This document shows positions 58,245 to 64,000 of a DNA stretch of 64,000 nucleotides, piece by piece. Each line of letters starts with the position of its first letter. The stretch's first letter is position 1. The stretch is from the human T2T-CHM13v2.0 reference genome, Homo sapiens: the NCBI RefSeq assembly GCF_009914755.1, contig NC_060934.1, one strand, 5' to 3'. Position numbers and translations under genes: made by a program. Under the pieces are notes generated by a model that worked only from the letters and a program-made list of their open reading frames with translations, did not search any database and was not told where the DNA came from.

Positions 58245-58866
58245 AAAGACATCTCTTGATTATGTGATTCAGAAGGTAGAAATCAGCAAAGTATTAAACA
58301 TAAATTATAACTTTTCAACAAAATTATTCTGGGAATGAACAGATTGTATGCTCTATCATTTAGCAGATGAGATTTATTATGTTACATATATTTATATAAA
58401 TATGATATATAACTATACATCATATACTATATAATGTTTTATATGTATAAATATTTAATTACATAATGTTTGATATATATATTTGGCAAGTAAATTAATT
58501 AACTTGGAGGAACAGTATTGAGGTTTAAACAGAAATGTTTTGCTCCTGTGCCAGAGAATTTCTTAGGAACATTTTTACATTTTAATAAATATTTAACATT
58601 AACTCAGCACATTCTGTTAGCAAATGATCTATTTTTTCATAATGTAGATAAATGATTATTAGCTCATTTAAATAATAAAATATTAAACCCTAAAAATTTT
58701 GTGTTTAAGGATGACATGAACTTTGTGGAATAGTAAAAGCTTCATTCTATTTTCCTTCCAATTGAAAATTTTTTCTTACACTGAAAAATCTGCTTCTTGG
58801 CAGTTTTCACTTATTGGTTCTACTGTTACATTTCAGAATAAAGTAAATCTTAGCTCTTATTTTTAA

Positions 58867-59700
<834 letters not shown>

Positions 59701-60154
59701 TAAAATTTTCTTTTATTCTTATTTTTTATGGGTACATAGTAGGTGTATATATTTATGGGTTACATGAGATATTTTGATAACAGGCATGCAGTGCATGATA
59801 ATCACATCAGAGTAAATGGAGTATCCATCCCCTAAAGCATTTATCCATTTTGTTACAAACAATCCAATTATACTATTTTAGTTATATTTAAATGTACAAT
59901 TAAATAGTTTTTGACTATAGTAAAACTTTTGTGCTAGAAAATACTAGCTACTATTAATTTTTTTTATTTTTGTACTCATTAACCATCTCCACATGCCCCC
60001 ATCCCCACCAGTACCCTTCCCAGACTCATAACCATCCTTCTACTGTCTATCTCCAAGAGTTTAATTGTTTTATTTTTAAGCTTCTGCAAATAAATGAGAA
60101 GGTGCAATGTTTGACTTACTGTGACTGGCTTTTTTCACTTAACATAATGACCTC
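59701..60154 (-). mobile_element. L1MA2/3-type 3' end
   Basis: GGGTACATAGTAGGTGTATATATTTATGGG...GTTACAAACAATCCAATTATAC; interrupted by the L1PA at 60156. Confidence 0.85.
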
Positions 60155-60342
60155 AGGAGGTGGATCCAAGATGGCCGAATACGAACAGCTCCAGTCTACA
60201 GCTCCCAGTGTGAGCAATGCAGACGACGGGTGATTTCTGCATTTCCAACTGAGGTACCAGATTCATCTCACTGGGGCTTGTCAGAGAGTGGGTGCAGGAC
60301 AGTGGGTGCAGCCCACGAAGCATGAGCTGAAGCAGTGAGGCA

Positions 60343-60606
60343 TCACCTTACCTGGGAAGTGCAAGGGGTCAGGGAATTCCCTTTCCTAGCCAAGGGAAGC
60401 TGTGACAGACGGCACCTGGAAAATCGGGTCACTCCCACCCTAATACTGCGCTTTTCCAATGATCTTAGCAAAGGGCACACCAGGAGATTATATCCCGCAC
60501 CTCGCTCAGTGGGTCCCACGCACACGGAGCCTCGCTCATTGCTAGCACAGCAGTCGGAGATTGAACTGCAAGGCAGCAGCGAGCCTAGAGGAGGGGCACC
60601 CACCAT
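60343..60606 (-). CDS. LINE-1 antisense ORF0 homolog, 87 aa, open frame (expression unknown)
   Basis: C-terminal part of ORF 60343..60954: MVGAPPLGSLLPCSSISDCCASNERGSV...IRVGVTRFSRC matches primate L1 ORF0; ATG context GCAATGG. Confidence 0.7.
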   Translation of the reverse strand: MVGAPPLGSLLPCSSISDCCASNERGSVCVGPTERGAGYNLLVCPLLRSLEKRSIRVGVTRFSRCRLSQLPLARKGNSLTPCTSQVR

Positions 60607-61180
60607 TGCTGAGGCTTGAGTAGGTAAACAAAGTGGCCAGGAAGCTCGAACTGGGTGGAGCCCACCACAGCTCAAGGAGGCCTGCCTGCCTCTGTAGACT
60701 CCACCTCTGGAGGCAGGGCATAGCCAAACAAAAGGCAGCAGACACCTCTGCAGACTTAAATGTCCCTGTCTGACAGCTTTGAAGAGAGTAGTGGTTCTCC
60801 CAGCATGGAGTTTGAGATCTGAGAATGGACAGACTGCCTCCTCAGGTTGGTCCCTGACCCCCAAGTAGCCTAACTGGGAGGCACCCCCAGTAGGGGCAGA
60901 CTGACCCCTCACACCAGCAGGTACCCCTCTGAGACGAAGTTTCCAGAGGAACAATCAGGCAGCAACATTTGCTGTTCAGCAATATTTGCTATTCTGCAGC
61001 TTCTGCTGCTGATACCCAGGCAAACGGGGTCTGGAGTGGACCTCTGATAAACTCCAACAGGCCTGCAGCTGAGGGTCCTGACTGTTAGAAGGAAAACTAA
61101 CAAACAGAAAGGACATCCACACCAAAACACCATCTGTACGTCACAATCATCAAAGACCAAAGGTAGATAAAACCACAAAG

Positions 61181-62194
61181 ATGGGGAAAAACAGAGCAGA
61201 AAAGCTGAAATTTCTAAAAATCAGAGCGTCTCTCCACCTCCAAAGGAATGCAGATCCTTGCCAGCAATGGAACAAAGCTGGATGGAGAATGACTTTGATG
61301 AGCTGAAAGAAGAAGGCTTCAGACGATCAAACTTCACTGAGCTAAAGGAGGAAGTTCGAACCCATTGCAAAGAAACTAAAAACCTTGAAAAAGGATTAGA
61401 CAAATGGCTAACTAGAATAACCAGTGTAGAGAAGTCCTTAAATGACATGATGGAGCTGAAAACCATGGCACAAGAACTACGTGACGAATGCACAAGCTTC
61501 AGTAGCCGATTCGATCAACTGGAAGAAAGAATTCAGTGATTGAAGATCAAATGAATGAAATGAAGCAAGAAGAGAAGTTTAGAGAAAAAAGAGTAAAAAG
61601 AAACAAACAAAGCCTCCAAGAAATATGGGAATAGGTGAATAGACCAAATCTACGTCTGATTGGTGTACCTGAAAGTGACAGGGAGAATGGAACCAAGTTG
61701 GAAAACACTCTGCAGGATATTATCCAGGAGAACTTCCCCAACCTAGCAAGGCAGGCCAACATTCAAATTCAGGAAATGCAGAGAACGCCACAAAGATACT
61801 CCTCAAGAAGAGCAACTCCAAGACACATAATTATCAGACTCACCAAGGTTGAAATGAAGGAAAAAATGGTAAGGGCAGCCAGAGAGAAAGGTCAGGTTAC
61901 CCACAAAGGGAAGCCCATCAGACTAACAGCAGATCTCTCAGCAGAAACTCTACAAGCCAGAAGAGAGTGGGGGCCAATATTCAACATTGTTAAAGAAAAG
62001 AATTTTCAACCCAGAATTTCATATCCAGCCAAACTAAGCTTCATAAGTGAAGGAGAAATAAAATACTTACAGACAAGCAAATGCTGAGAGATTTTGTCAC
62101 CACCAGGCCTGCAGTACAAGAGCTCCTGAAGGAAGCACTAAACATGGAAAGGAACAACTGGTACCAGCCACTGCAAAAACATGCCAAATTGTAA
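61181..62194 (+). pseudogene. L1 ORF1p, disrupted
   Basis: ATGGGGAAAA start; fragments 61258..61539 and 61635..62087 (RPNLRLIGVPE, QPRISYPAKLSF) in different frames. Confidence 0.92.
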
Positions 62195-62257
62195 AGACCA
62201 ACAATGCTAGGAAGAAACTGCATCAATAAACAAGCAAAATAACCAGCTAACATCATA

Positions 62258-64000
<1,743 letters not shown>

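Overview
Primate (human-like) AT-rich, CpG-poor nuclear DNA made up mostly of transposable elements. I find no intact host protein-coding gene, RNA gene or CRISPR array; nearly all ORFs in the track are decayed L1/ERV/Alu frames or microsatellites. Main contents: (1) a two-LTR, internally deleted provirus on the minus strand (329-5601; LTR32/HERVL32-like) combining a class III (HERV-S/ERV-L type) pol, a gamma-type env and a MER4-group-like leader; (2) an 11-kb nested L1 (12790-23776) splitting an MLT1A LTR and carrying a short young L1 3' end, a twin-primed 5'-inverted L1 and an Alu; (3) a ~1.65-kb unique, polyadenylated 3'UTR-like retrocopy inserted in an old L1M (32013-34716); (4) a ~300-bp GC/CpG-rich foreign patch inside an old L1MB (43902-44202); (5) a 5'-intact L1PA4/5-type element (60156 to window end) with an open antisense ORF0 and the ZNF93-binding segment; plus many Alu, MaLR, MLT2, MER, MIR and L2 relics. 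Family and subfamily names come from my recollection of consensus sequences and need RepeatMasker/Dfam confirmation. I see no evidence for a wholly new biological system; the best leads are the mosaic ERV, the orphan retrocopy and the ectopic GC-rich patch.
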